Shown here piece by piece: positions 20,944-31,297 of a stretch of 64,000 nucleotides of DNA. How positions within the stretch are numbered: the first letter of the stretch is position 1; every line of letters starts with the position of its first letter. The notes beneath the pieces were generated by a model. The model ran no database searches and was not told the origin of the DNA. It saw only the letters and a list, made by a program, of their open reading frames with translations. This DNA is from an uncultured Spirochaetota bacterium (GTDB lineage: Bacteria > Spirochaetota > Spirochaetia > SZUA-6 > Fen-1364), in contig CAVUXE010000037.1 in NCBI GenBank assembly GCA_963745235.1, forward strand, positions 96,001 through 160,000, written 5' to 3'. The translations under genes and the position numbers were made by a program.

Positions 20944-22296
20944 ATGAGGAGACTTTTTCTTTTTTCCGTGTTCCTCGTCATCGCGGCGCTCACCTTGCCC
21001 GCCATGATGGCGGCGGCGCAAAGCACCACTATCACCGTCGCGGTCGTGAACAATCCTGACCAGCGGAAGCTGCTCGAGCTTTCCGACAAGTTCGAGGCGG
21101 AGCATCCCAACATAAAGCTGTCCTTTGTCATGCTGCCCGAGAACGAGCTTCGCGACCGGGTGACTACGGACGTAACGACGAAGGCCGGATCGTTTGACAT
21201 CGTGCAGATCGGAACGTACGAGACACCCATCTGGGGCAAGAACGGCTGGCTCTCGTCCCTCGACGACCTGATGTCTCAGTATCCGAGCAACGTGCAGCCC
21301 AACTACAACGTTGATGACCTGATCAAGGGAGTCAGGCTCGGACTGTCCTACGACGGCAAGCTGTATGCCGCTCCGTTCTACGCGGAGTCGAGCATGCTCT
21401 TCTATAATAAGAAGATGTTTGCGGCTGCCGGGCTGAAGATGCCCTCCGATCCCACGTGGGACCAGGTGCGCGAGTTCGCCCGCAAGCTGCACAACCCCGC
21501 GAAGAAGCAGTACGGCATCGCCCTGCGCGGCCTGCCCGGCTGGGGCGAGGTCATGGCCCCGCTCGACACCGTGATCAACACCTGGGGGGGCAAGTGGTTC
21601 GACATGGACTGGCAGCCCCAGCTTACCTCGCAGCCCTTCGAGGACGCTGTCAACTTCTACGTGAAGCTGATCCAGGACTACGGAGTGCCCGGCGCCGCGA
21701 ACAACGGCTTCTCCGAGAGCCTCACCATGATCGCGCAGGGACAGGCGGCAATGTGGGTGGACGCGACCGTGGCCGCCGGATTCCTCGAGGATCCCAAGCA
21801 GTCGAAGATCGTCGGGAACGTCGGCTTCGTGATGGCCCCCTATGAGAAAGTGAAGAAGGGCTATCACTGGCTGTGGAGCTGGGCGTATGCCATCCCCACC
21901 ACGAGCCAGCACCAGGCCGAGGCCCTGCAGTTCCTTACCTGGTGCACCAGCAAGGACTACCTGGACCTGGTCGGAAAGACCTATGGCTGGGCAAGCGTCC
22001 CACCGGGCACGCGCTATTCGACCTACAAGAACCCCAACTACATGAAGGCGGCAAAGGCGTTTGCCGAGGTGACGCTGAAGTCCATCGAATCCGCTGACCC
22101 GACCGACCCCACCGCGGACAAGGTGCCCTACACCGGCGTGCAGTTCGTCGGCATCCCGGAGTTCCAGGGCTTCGGCACGGACGTGTCAAAGCAGATCTCC
22201 GCGGCCATTGCCGGAACACAAACGGTGGAGCAAGCCCTCTCCGCGAGCCAGGACATCGTCACCAAGGCGATGACGGACGCGGGATACATCAAGTAG
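20944..22296 (+). CDS. Polyol ABC substrate-binding protein (SmoE/MtlE-like), copy 2
   Basis: Same motifs as copy 1 (VVNNPD, LPENELR, LRGLPGWGE, VPPGTR, IPEFQ); SD GGGAG before ATG 20944. Confidence 0.92.
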   Translation: MRRLFLFSVFLVIAALTLPAMMAAAQSTTITVAVVNNPDQRKLLELSDKFEAEHPNIKLSFVMLPENELRDRVTTDVTTKAGSFDIVQIGTYETPIWGKNGWLSSLDDLMSQYPSNVQPNYNVDDLIKGVRLGLSYDGKLYAAPFYAESSMLFYNKKMFAAAGLKMPSDPTWDQVREFARKLHNPAKKQYGIALRGLPGWGEVMAPLDTVINTWGGKWFDMDWQPQLTSQPFEDAVNFYVKLIQDYGVPGAANNGFSESLTMIAQGQAAMWVDATVAAGFLEDPKQSKIVGNVGFVMAPYEKVKKGYHWLWSWAYAIPTTSQHQAEALQFLTWCTSKDYLDLVGKTYGWASVPPGTRYSTYKNPNYMKAAKAFAEVTLKSIESADPTDPTADKVPYTGVQFVGIPEFQGFGTDVSKQISAAIAGTQTVEQALSASQDIVTKAMTDAGYIK

Positions 22297-22321
22297 CAGA
22301 GGGGATAGTCGACCATGCGAC

Positions 22322-22354
22322 CCGCTTCCGCCCGCACGGGCGGAAGCGGTTTTT
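22322..22354 (+). terminator. Intrinsic terminator or stabilising hairpin after the binding-protein gene
   Basis: CCGCTTCCGCCC-GCAC-GGGCGGAAGCGG followed by TTTTT. Confidence 0.85.
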
Positions 22355-22375
22355 CTTGAGAGAGCAGGGAGCCAC

Positions 22376-23261
22376 ATGAGCGGAATGCAAACTGCCCGGA
22401 ATGCCCACCCCTGGATGCTGCGCCCGGCAATCATCTACCTGATCGTGCTCACCCAGGCGCCGGTCCTCCTTACCTTGTACTACAGCACGACGAACTGGAA
22501 CTTCCTCCGTCCTGATCGCCCGGCCCGTTTCATCTGGCTGCACAACTACCTGGACTTCTTCCTGGCCCGGGACACCGGGCGGATCATGATCAACACGGTC
22601 GTCTTCTCGGTGGCCGTGGTCGGACTGTCCCTGGTCCTGGGAATGTGCCTGGCGCTGCTTCTTTCGCGGGAGTTCCGGGGCCGCAACTTTGCGCGCACGT
22701 TGATGATCACGCCGTTCCTGATCATGCCCACGGTGTCCGCGGTCATGTGGAAGAACATGCTCTTCAATCCGGCTTTCGGCCTGATCAGCTCTACCCTCGC
22801 CGCCCTCGGCGGTCCGCGCATCGACTGGATCAACCAGTATTCCATGGCCTCCATCGTCGTGATCGTGACCTGGGAGTGGACGCCGTTCATGATGCTGATC
22901 CTGCTCTCCGGCCTGCAGTCTCTCCAGAAGGAGCACCTGGAGGCCGCCCAGATCGACGGCGCGGGGCCCGTTGCCACCTTCCGCTCCGTGGTCCTGCCCC
23001 ACCTCGGCCGGTACATCGAGATCGGGGTGCTCCTGGAAACGCTGTTCGTGCTGAACATCTTCGGAGAGATCTTCACCACCACCACCGGGCGGTCCGGCCA
23101 ACTACACGACAACGCTGACGTTCAATATCTACCTGGAGGCGTTCAAGCGCTGGAACGTGGGGCGCGCCAGCGCGTACGCGGTGATTGCGGTCATATTCGC
23201 CAACATCATAACCCTGCTCTTCCTTCGCATCCTTCGACGCCAGGGTGGGGAGGCAACATGA
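22376..23261 (+). CDS. Polyol ABC permease (SmoF/MtlF-like); frameshift near 23087
   Basis: WEWTPF, EAAQIDGA. Removing one G restores TTGGPANYTTTL...EAT-stop, overlapping the next ATG. Confidence 0.85.
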
Positions 23262-24082
23262 AAGGCCACAGGCGGGCTCTTGGCCATTTCCTGTCCGTCC
23301 TCACCGTCGTTCTGGCCCTCCTCATATTCTTCCCGATCTTCTGGATGATCCTCACGTCGTTCAAGTCCGAGGCGGACGCCTTTACCTTCCCGCCCCCGCT
23401 CTTCTTCCATCCGACGCTGGACCAGTACGAGGTTGCGCTGGGAGAATCCGGGTACTTTCACTACCTCGCCAACACCATTCTGATCACCGGCCTCTCCACG
23501 CTGATCGCGGTGCTGCTGGGGCTGCCGGCCGCGTACAAGCTTGCCTACTATCCCACGAAGCGCAGCAACTTCACCCTGATGTGGGTGATGTCCACCCGCA
23601 TGCTGCCGGCTGTCGGCGTCATCGTCCCGCTGTACATCATCTTCAAGACCCTGCACTGGTTCGATACGTATCACGGGCTGATCGTTCTCTATACGGCAAT
23701 CAACCTCCCCCTCGTCATCTGGATGATGCGGTCTTTTTTGCAAGATCTGCCCTATGAGACAATCGAGGCGGCTCGCATCGACGGGTGCAGCCTCTGGCAG
23801 GAGCTGATGCTGGTGATGCTTCCCATGGCGGTGCCCGGCCTTGTCTCGACAGTCCTCCTGTGCCTGATCTTCACGTGGAACGAGTTCTTCATCGCCTTCA
23901 ACCTCACCATCACGAAGGTCCCGCCTCTCACGGTGTACATCGTGGGCTTCAAGACTTCGGAGGGGCTGTTCTGGGCGAAGATGTCGGCCGCCGCTACCGT
24001 GTCGGCCCTGCCCGTCATCATTGCGGGATGGGTGGCGCAGCGTCAGATGGTGCGCGGGCTGACCGCCGGGGCAATCAAGTAG
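23258..24082 (+). CDS. Polyol ABC permease (SmoG/MtlG-like)
   Basis: EAARIDG, FTWNEFF, GLFWAKM, GLTAGAIK. Confidence 0.9.
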   Translation: MKGHRRALGHFLSVLTVVLALLIFFPIFWMILTSFKSEADAFTFPPPLFFHPTLDQYEVALGESGYFHYLANTILITGLSTLIAVLLGLPAAYKLAYYPTKRSNFTLMWVMSTRMLPAVGVIVPLYIIFKTLHWFDTYHGLIVLYTAINLPLVIWMMRSFLQDLPYETIEAARIDGCSLWQELMLVMLPMAVPGLVSTVLLCLIFTWNEFFIAFNLTITKVPPLTVYIVGFKTSEGLFWAKMSAAATVSALPVIIAGWVAQRQMVRGLTAGAIK

Positions 24083-24084
24083 AC

Positions 24085-24120
24085 CTGTCAGGGTCGGGGC
24101 TATTGCTCGGGCCCTGACAG
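24085..24120 (+). terminator. Hairpin at end of the polyol operon
   Basis: CTGTCAGGG...CCCTGACAG inverted repeat 2 nt after the stop codon. Confidence 0.55.
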
Positions 24121-24134
24121 CAGTATTTTAACGT

Positions 24135-25912
24135 ATGAGACTGCTCTTCTCGTATCTCAGGCCGTACCGCGGGATGATCGTGCTCGCCATCTTCCTTGCG
24201 ATCACCAACCAGGTGTTCTCTCTCCTTGACCCGCAGATCTTTCGCATCATTGTCGACAAGTATGTCTCCCACATCTCCACGATTCCGCGTGCGGACTTCG
24301 TGCGCGGCGTGGGGCTCCTGATCCTCGGGTTCGTGGGTGTGGCCATGGTGAGCCGGCTGGCCAAGAACTTCCAGGACTACTTCATCAACGTGGCCTCCCA
24401 ATCCGTGGGGGCGCGGATGTACGCGGACGGCGTTGCCCACTCGATGCGGCTTCCCTACCGCGCATTCGAAGACCAGCAGAGCGGAGCGGTCCTGCAGCAG
24501 CTGCAGAAGGCGCGCACGGACAGCCGCGACATGATCGGGCAGTCGATCAACACCATCTTCGTGTCCGCCCTCACGTTCCTCCTCGTGCTCGGTTATTCGT
24601 TTTTCGTGCACTGGGCCATCGGGGTCGCCCTGATCGCGATGGCACCCATCCTCGGGGTGCTGCTTTCCGTCCTGGGCCGCAGGATCAAGTCGGTGCAGGC
24701 CCGGATCTTCGGGGAAACGAATGCCCTTGCTGGCTCCACAACGGAGAGCCTGCGGAACATCGAGCTCATCAAGAGCCTGGGGCTGGAGACCCAGGAGATC
24801 GACAGGCTCAACGATGCAAACCAGAAGATCCTGGACCTGGAGCTTGCAAAGGTGAAGACGGTGCGGATGCTCATGTTCTTCCAGGGGACGGCGCTCAATT
24901 TCTCCCGCGCGGTTCTGCTCATGCTCATGCTGGTCCTGGTGGCCATGAAGCTCATTACCCTGGGGGAGTTCTTTTCCCTCATGATGTATTCGTTCTTCGT
25001 CTTCGGGCCCCTGGGAGAGATCGGGGCGGTGATAGCGAAGTACCAGGAAACCCGGGCGAGCCTCGAGAACCTCCAGCGGATCATGGCGCAGGAGGCCGCG
25101 CCGCAGAACCCGGGCGGCGCCGTGCCGGACGGGATCGAGTCCCTGGAGTTCTCCCAGGTCAGCTACCGGCATCCGGGGGCGCGCGAGCCCGCGCTGTCCG
25201 AGGTCTCTTTCGAGGCGCGCTCGGGAGAAAGCGTCGCCTTCGTCGGCCCGTCCGGCGCCGGCAAGAGCACGCTCATCAAGCTGCTTCTCGGGCTCTACCA
25301 GCCGGACTCGGGGCGCGTCCTTTTCAACGGCATCGACTCCCGTGAGGTGAACTACGACATGCTGCGCGCCCGGGTCGGCTTTGTGCCGCAATCCATTGAG
25401 CTTTCGCCGGGACCATCCGCGACAACCTTCGCTTCGTCCGCCGGGAGGCAAGCGACGCGGCGTGCATCGAGAGCCTGCGGGCCGCCCAGCTGAACGGCCT
25501 CCTGGAAAGGAGCCGCCAGGGACTGGATACGAGGATCGGCGAAGGCGGCCTGAAGCTCTCCGGAGGGGAGCGGCAGAGACTGGCCATCGCCCGCGCGCTC
25601 CTTCGGCAGCCGGACATCCTCATCTTCGATGAGGCAACGAGCTCCCTGGACACGGAGACGGAGAAAGAGATAACCCGGACCATCGATGAGATCATCCGGA
25701 CCAGGCCGCACTTCGTCACGCTCCTGATCGCCCACAGGCTGTCGACGGTCGCAGCCGCGGACAGGATTGTCGTCCTGAAGAAGGGCCGCGTGGTGGAGAC
25801 GGGCTCTCACCAGGAGCTTCTGCGAACAGGCGGACTGTATTACACTCTGTGGCAGCAGCAGGGGCTCGAAGGAGAAGACCTGTCGCAGGCCGTGGCCGCG
25901 GCAGGCGGGTGA
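24135..25912 (+). CDS. ABC exporter with fused permease and ATPase (MsbA/MdlA-like); frameshift near 25403
   Basis: TM domain and Walker A GPSGAGKS. After the shift: LSGGERQR, IFDEATSSLD, IAHRLST, stop at 25912. Confidence 0.88.
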
Positions 25913-25958
25913 TGGAGCGGGCGGCGTCCCTTGGATCACTGCCTGCGGAGGGTGCACG

Positions 25959-27068
25959 ATGGACAAGAGACGGTTGGGAAAGACGGGGCTGGAGCTCTCC
26001 GTCCTTGGGTTCGGCGGATTTCACCTTGTGGAGATCGACTCAGCGGAGGCGGCTCATTTGCTGGGGGCGTACCTCGACGCCGGCGGCAACTACCTGGAGA
26101 CGGCAGCCAGCTATGGGGACGGCATCTCGGAAACCAAAATCGGCAGGGCCGTCTCGCATCGCCGAACGGACTTCCACCTTGCCACCAAGTCCATGCAGAG
26201 AACGCGCGACGGATTTGCCGCGGAGCTCGATCAAAGCCTGCGCAACCTGAGAACGGACCACGTGGATGTGGTCTTCATCCACGCGCTGCAGAAGCGGGAG
26301 GAGGCTGAGCAGGTGCTTGCCCCTGGCGGGGCCCTTGAAGCGGCGGTTGCAGCCAGGACGAGCGGCAAGGCCCGGTTCATTGCCGTCAGCTTCCACGGCC
26401 GGCCGGACGCGGGGCTGTACGCCCTGGAGCGCTTCCCGTTCGACGTGCTGATGACGGGGTTCAACTATTTCGACAGGTTCAACTACCCGTCCATCGAGGG
26501 CACCCTGCTTCCCTCCTGCCAGGAGAAGGGCGTCGGCGTCCTCGCCATGAAATCTCTTGCAGACGGCTACCTGTACCGCTCACCCGCTCACGCGCTGCGC
26601 TATACCCTGAGCCTGCCCATTACGACCGTTGTTGCCGGAATGAACTCCCGCTCGATGCTGGAATCCGACCTTCGCCTTGTGTCCGGGTTCACGCCAATGA
26701 CGGAAAGGGAGAAAGACGAGCTGTTTCGAACGGCGCCCGAGCTGGGGGACTATGTCTGCCGTCTGTGCGGCAAATGCCGGGTGAACGGGTTCGACCCGCA
26801 GACCATCTTCCTCCTGGAGGGACTGTACGACAGGCAGATGGACGACATGAGAGTCACCGACACCGCCCGGTACGCCTTGCGCGAGCGGCTTCGCACGTGG
26901 TTCCAGCAGCAGGAGACAGCGCGGCTGGAATATGCAGCCCTGCGGCCGAAAGTGGATCCTTCCCGCGACTACAGCGCCCTCTCACCTCTGTGTCCCTACG
27001 GGATCGATATTGACCGCAAGCTGAAGATAGCCCACGCTAAGCTCTCACGGGAGGGCTATATCGCATGA
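25959..27068 (+). CDS. Aldo/keto reductase with C-terminal Fe-S-like Cys motif
   Basis: LGKTGLELSVLGFG, ETAASYG, LATK, SLRNLRTDHVD; CRLCGKC...CPYG. Confidence 0.85.
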   Translation: MDKRRLGKTGLELSVLGFGGFHLVEIDSAEAAHLLGAYLDAGGNYLETAASYGDGISETKIGRAVSHRRTDFHLATKSMQRTRDGFAAELDQSLRNLRTDHVDVVFIHALQKREEAEQVLAPGGALEAAVAARTSGKARFIAVSFHGRPDAGLYALERFPFDVLMTGFNYFDRFNYPSIEGTLLPSCQEKGVGVLAMKSLADGYLYRSPAHALRYTLSLPITTVVAGMNSRSMLESDLRLVSGFTPMTEREKDELFRTAPELGDYVCRLCGKCRVNGFDPQTIFLLEGLYDRQMDDMRVTDTARYALRERLRTWFQQQETARLEYAALRPKVDPSRDYSALSPLCPYGIDIDRKLKIAHAKLSREGYIA

Positions 27069-27496
27069 GCAGCGCGTATTCGCAGCGCAACAAGGCCGAG
27101 CTGGAGCACCTGCGGAAAGTGGTGGACCGTCTCACGGATGAACAGATGGCCCGCCCCGCGGGAGGAGACGGTTGGACCGTCGGCGCCCTTCTCGGGCACA
27201 TCGCGTTCTGGGACCAGAGGGCCGTTGTCCTGATGGAGAGGTGGAAAGCCGGTGGCGTGGGGACCCCTGCCGGAGATGTGGATGTCCTCAACGATGCCGT
27301 GAAGCCATTCCTCCTTGCCCTGCCTCCGCGAGACGCCGCCAGGCTTGCCCTGGAAACCGCGCAGGCCATCGACAGGGAGATCGATTCCCTGGACGCGACG
27401 ATGCTCGCCGGCATTGAGGCGAACGGGCAGCCCAGGCTGGACAGAGCCTCGCATCGCGCCCACCATCTCGAGCAGATCGAGAAGACAATCAGGTAG
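27065..27496 (+). CDS. DinB/YfiT-like putative metalloprotein
   Basis: GWTVGALLGHIAFWD and HRAHHLEQI His pattern. Confidence 0.75.
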   Translation: MSSAYSQRNKAELEHLRKVVDRLTDEQMARPAGGDGWTVGALLGHIAFWDQRAVVLMERWKAGGVGTPAGDVDVLNDAVKPFLLALPPRDAARLALETAQAIDREIDSLDATMLAGIEANGQPRLDRASHRAHHLEQIEKTIR

Positions 27497-27504
27497 GAGA
27501 TACC

Positions 27505-28258
27505 CTGCCCGACACCCTCCGCTCCTGCCGCGCCATTTTCATTGCAAGGGAACGGCACGCATGCTTCAAGGGCCTTGCGCGAGCTTGCCTGCCATTTCCG
27601 GATCGTTTCGGTTTCCCGCGGGGGCAAAGACAGCGCACGCTCTTTCATCCGCGAGAATGCAATCGAATGGTACGCCTCGTGGTACGTTGGAAAGGGGCCC
27701 GACCTCGGGTTTCGCGGCGTGCTCCCCGGAGGCTCAGAAGCGGAGGTGCAGCGCGCGCTTCGCAGGATCAGGCGCGCCGAGGCGGTCTCACGAATCGTCG
27801 TTGACTGCGAGCAGCTTCGGCGGCGTGTCGAGAGGCTGCGCCTGCATGACCGGAAGATCGTCTTCACGAACGGCGTCTTCGATCTGCTGCACGTGGGACA
27901 CCTGAGGCTGCTCGAGAAGGCGCGCGCGCTGGGGGACGCGTTGATCGTCGCAATCAACAGCGACGACTCGGCCCGCAGGATAAAGGGCGCCGGGCGGCCC
28001 GTCATCCCCCAGTTCGCGCGCGCCCAGGCGCTCGCTGACCTGCGCCAGGTTTCTCTTTGCTTCATCTTCCCGGAAACGGACCCGCGGGAGGTCCTCAGGA
28101 CCGTGAGACCCGAGGTGCTGGTCAAGGGAAGCGAGTACCCGCTTCGCCGGATCGTCGGCGCGCGGTTTGTGTCGGGGTACGGCGGAAAAGTCGTTCGCTT
28201 CCCCATGGTGGAAGGCTGGTCGACAACCTCGACATTGCGCGCCATCCGCACACAGTGA
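27505..28258 (+). CDS. hldC: D-glycero-beta-D-manno-heptose 1-phosphate adenylyltransferase (RfaE domain II / HldC) with N-terminal extension
   Basis: VFTNGVFDLLHVGH, INSDDSARRIKGAGRP, LVKGSEY, GWSTT. Start uncertain: CTG 27505 after AGGAG plus a frameshift near 27551, or TTG 27542. Confidence 0.8.
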
Positions 28259-28309
28259 AAGGTCCGCGCCATGGCGGCGGAGACCGTGACGCGCCGCGCG
28301 CCTGCGTGG

Positions 28310-28927
28310 TCAATCGTTGCTGTAGCTGATGTTCAGCCGCGCCTCTCCCAGCACCGTGTCCTTGATTGCCTTGCGAAGCTCATCCAGAGTGAACCCTTTC
28401 GCCAGTCCGGTCGGAGAGGATAGTGCGTACACCGCCAGCCGGTAAACATGGATCAGGCGCTTGCCGGTGTTCGGGGGGAAATCCGCGGGCGGCTGGGGTC
28501 CGCGATAACCGATCTGACCCGTGCCGTTCTTCCCCTGCACGAGAGAAGGCATTGCAGCGGAGGCGTTCGCGGGAAGACCCCCGAGGGTCGGGTCGATGTC
28601 GGTCGCTATCCAGTGGAGGAAGGACGGAGCCTTGATCCCGCGGGAAGCCATCACCAACCTCGCATCGGGATCATCCAGGACCAGGGCCAGGGCCTCTGTG
28701 CCCGCGGGCACATTGCTCCACGAAAAGGGAAAAGACACGGGGTTGCTCGGCCCGCCGGCCTTTGCCGCGTACATCGCATCCAGGCGTCCCGCCGAGGAAA
28801 GACCGCTGTCAAACCCGATCTCGGGCGGGCCCGCTATGGCGCGCGTGGTCACCGTGAAGCCTGCAGCCCCGGCGGTCGACGCGGCAACCAGGAGCAGGAT
28901 CCAGCCAATTCTCCATCGAGTGCTCAT
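28310..28927 (-). CDS. YbhB/YbcL (PEBP/Raf kinase inhibitor-like) protein, secreted
   Basis: Signal peptide; DDPDA, FLHW, YRGPQPP, HVYRLAVYAL. Confidence 0.88.
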   Translation of the reverse strand: MSTRWRIGWILLLVAASTAGAAGFTVTTRAIAGPPEIGFDSGLSSAGRLDAMYAAKAGGPSNPVSFPFSWSNVPAGTEALALVLDDPDARLVMASRGIKAPSFLHWIATDIDPTLGGLPANASAAMPSLVQGKNGTGQIGYRGPQPPADFPPNTGKRLIHVYRLAVYALSSPTGLAKGFTLDELRKAIKDTVLGEARLNISYSND

Positions 28928-28965
28928 GACGCCTCCACGCTGAAAAAAATACTCATTTTGAAGGC

Positions 28966-31287
28966 TCAGAGTCTCACGGTAATTTCCTCTGCTCCCTTTG
29001 CGGGCAGGATCAGGGTTCCTTCAGGGCTGTTCCTGGAGGATCCGTTTTCCACTGCGCTCACCCCCGGCACGTTCCTCAGGCAGACGCTCCAGGGCTTCCC
29101 TGATCCCTTTGCCTTGAGGGTCACGGTGCCGGCATCGAGCCTGACGCTCAGGCCTGTCTCCAGGCCGCCTTCGGTTGATATGACCGAGGCGGTGCATTCG
29201 GCGCCCTCCGCGGGATCGAACACGTGGAAGACCACGCCGTCCGCGTAGTCGTAATCGGGCCTCGTGTCCACCGCCCCCATGGCGATGATGCTTCCCGGTC
29301 GTACCATGAGGGGGAGACTCATGTATCCGTGAGTCTCCGTTCTCCAGCGACCCCCGTCAACGACGTTTCCGCTGAGCAGGCTGGTCCACCTTCCGGACGG
29401 CAGGTAGTAGGACACCGTGCCGTCGTCCCTGAATATCGGCGCCACCAGGAGGGAAGGGCCGAGCATGTACTGCCTGTCCAGCCAGGAGCAGGCGGGGTCC
29501 TCGGGGAACTCCAGCATCATGGCGCGCATCATGGGGATTCCATCCCGCGAGGCCTCTCCAGCCGCGCCGAACAGGTAGGGCATGAGCCGGCATTTCAGCT
29601 GGACGAAGAAACGCAGCACGTCAACGGATTCTTCTCCGAACAGCCAGGGAACGCGGTAGGATTCGTTTCCGTGGAGGCGGCTGTGAGACGAAAGCAGCCC
29701 GAAGGCGGCCCAGCGCCGGTAGAGGTCCGGCGTTGCCGTCTTCTCGAACCCGCTGATGTCGTGGCTCCAGAACCCGAAGCCCGAAAGACCGAGGGACAGG
29801 CCTCCGCGCAGGCTTTCGGCCATGGACTCGTAGGTGGCGGAGCAGTCCCCTCCCCAGTGGACCGGAAACTTCTGCCCTCCAACCGTGGCGGATCGGGCAA
29901 AGACGAGGGCCTTCCCCTCGCCCTGGACCTCTCTCAGAACTTCGAACACGGCCTTGTTGTACAGATATGCGTAATAGTTGTGCATCCGCAGGGGGTCGGA
30001 CCCGTCGTGGTAGACTACGTCAGTCGGGATGCGCTCTCCGAAGTCAGTCTTGAAGCAGTCCACGCCCGCGGCCAGGAGGTCCCGCAGCCTGCCCTGGTAC
30101 CAGGAGACGGCTTGCGGGTTCGTGAAATCCACCAGGCCCATTCCCGCCTGCCAGCGGTCCCACTGCCACACGCCCCCGTCGGGCTTCTTCACGAGATAGC
30201 CATGCTTCATCCCCTCGTCGAAGAGCCGCGACTTCTGGGCGATGTACGGGTTGATCCAGACGCTGATCCGCAGCCCCTTGTCCTTCAGCCTGCGGAGGAT
30301 GCCCCGCGGATCCGGGAATTGCTCGGCATCCCATTCGAAATCGCACCACTGGAGCTCCTTCATCCAGAAGCAGTCGAAATGAAAGACGTGAAGCGGAATC
30401 CGCCGCTCCCTCATTCCCTCGATGAAAGAGGTGACCGTTGACTCGTCGTAGGCGGTCGTGAAGGAGGTGGTGAGCCACAGCCCGAACGACCACGCGGGCG
30501 GGAGCGCGGGCCGGCCCGTGAGCTCGGTGTATCTGCGAAGCACGTCCTTGGGCGTCGGGCCCCCGATGACGTGGTAGGAAAGCTCCTCCCCCGGCACCGA
30601 GAATTGGGCGCGGGAAACCACTTCGGAGGCAATCTCGAAGGAGACTTTCTCCGGGTGCGCCACAAGGACGCCATACCCCGCGCTGCTCAGGTAGAACGGG
30701 ATGTTCTTGTACGCGAGCTCGCTCGCCGTTCCTCCGTCTTCGTTCCACATATCCACGACCTGGCCGTTTTTGACGAAGGGAGTAAAGCGCTCCCCCAGGC
30801 CGTAGACGCACTCCCCCACTCCCAGGGAGAGCTGCTCCCGCATGTAGGGAGTCCCGTCGGAGTCAAGGAGATACCCCGAGCACGCCTTCCCGCTTCCCGT
30901 CAGGCGCTTTCCGTCGAACAGGAAGTCGACGGCCCACTCACCCGCCGTCCTCACGCTCACCGACAGGCGTCCACTGGACAGGACAACTGCATCTGCCGTT
31001 CTTTCGATCCTCGGGACAAAGCCCTCCCTGGCGGCAAGAGCGAATGCCGGGCCCCGCGCAGGCCCGCCCTTGAAGTGACAGAGATGGACGCGGATCACCT
31101 CCGGCGCGGGGGAGCTGAAGGTGAGGGTGAGCTGCGGCGTGTTCAGCGTGTCTCCCCGATGACGAATGGGTTTGCACGGGGCGTAGACGGTGAGAGTGGA
31201 GGCCGTCCAGCCCACGTCCCGCGCCTCCGCAGGGGCAAACAATCGAACCCCGTCCCGCAGGCCCCAGTAGCCGCTTGTGAACTTCAT
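28966..31287 (-). CDS. yicI: Alpha-xylosidase, GH31
   Basis: MKFTSGYW start, YGLGERFTPFVKNGQ, FHFDCFWM, CFKTDFGERIP, HWGGD, WSHDISGF. Confidence 0.93.
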   Translation of the reverse strand: MKFTSGYWGLRDGVRLFAPAEARDVGWTASTLTVYAPCKPIRHRGDTLNTPQLTLTFSSPAPEVIRVHLCHFKGGPARGPAFALAAREGFVPRIERTADAVVLSSGRLSVSVRTAGEWAVDFLFDGKRLTGSGKACSGYLLDSDGTPYMREQLSLGVGECVYGLGERFTPFVKNGQVVDMWNEDGGTASELAYKNIPFYLSSAGYGVLVAHPEKVSFEIASEVVSRAQFSVPGEELSYHVIGGPTPKDVLRRYTELTGRPALPPAWSFGLWLTTSFTTAYDESTVTSFIEGMRERRIPLHVFHFDCFWMKELQWCDFEWDAEQFPDPRGILRRLKDKGLRISVWINPYIAQKSRLFDEGMKHGYLVKKPDGGVWQWDRWQAGMGLVDFTNPQAVSWYQGRLRDLLAAGVDCFKTDFGERIPTDVVYHDGSDPLRMHNYYAYLYNKAVFEVLREVQGEGKALVFARSATVGGQKFPVHWGGDCSATYESMAESLRGGLSLGLSGFGFWSHDISGFEKTATPDLYRRWAAFGLLSSHSRLHGNESYRVPWLFGEESVDVLRFFVQLKCRLMPYLFGAAGEASRDGIPMMRAMMLEFPEDPACSWLDRQYMLGPSLLVAPIFRDDGTVSYYLPSGRWTSLLSGNVVDGGRWRTETHGYMSLPLMVRPGSIIAMGAVDTRPDYDYADGVVFHVFDPAEGAECTASVISTEGGLETGLSVRLDAGTVTLKAKGSGKPWSVCLRNVPGVSAVENGSSRNSPEGTLILPAKGAEEITVRL

Positions 31288-31297
31288 CTGTCTTCCT

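Noticed and set aside
22376-24082. Apparent fused double permease of 568 aa
   Set aside because: One extra G near 23087 causes the read-through; the corrected frame has its own C-terminus and an ATGA stop/start overlap.
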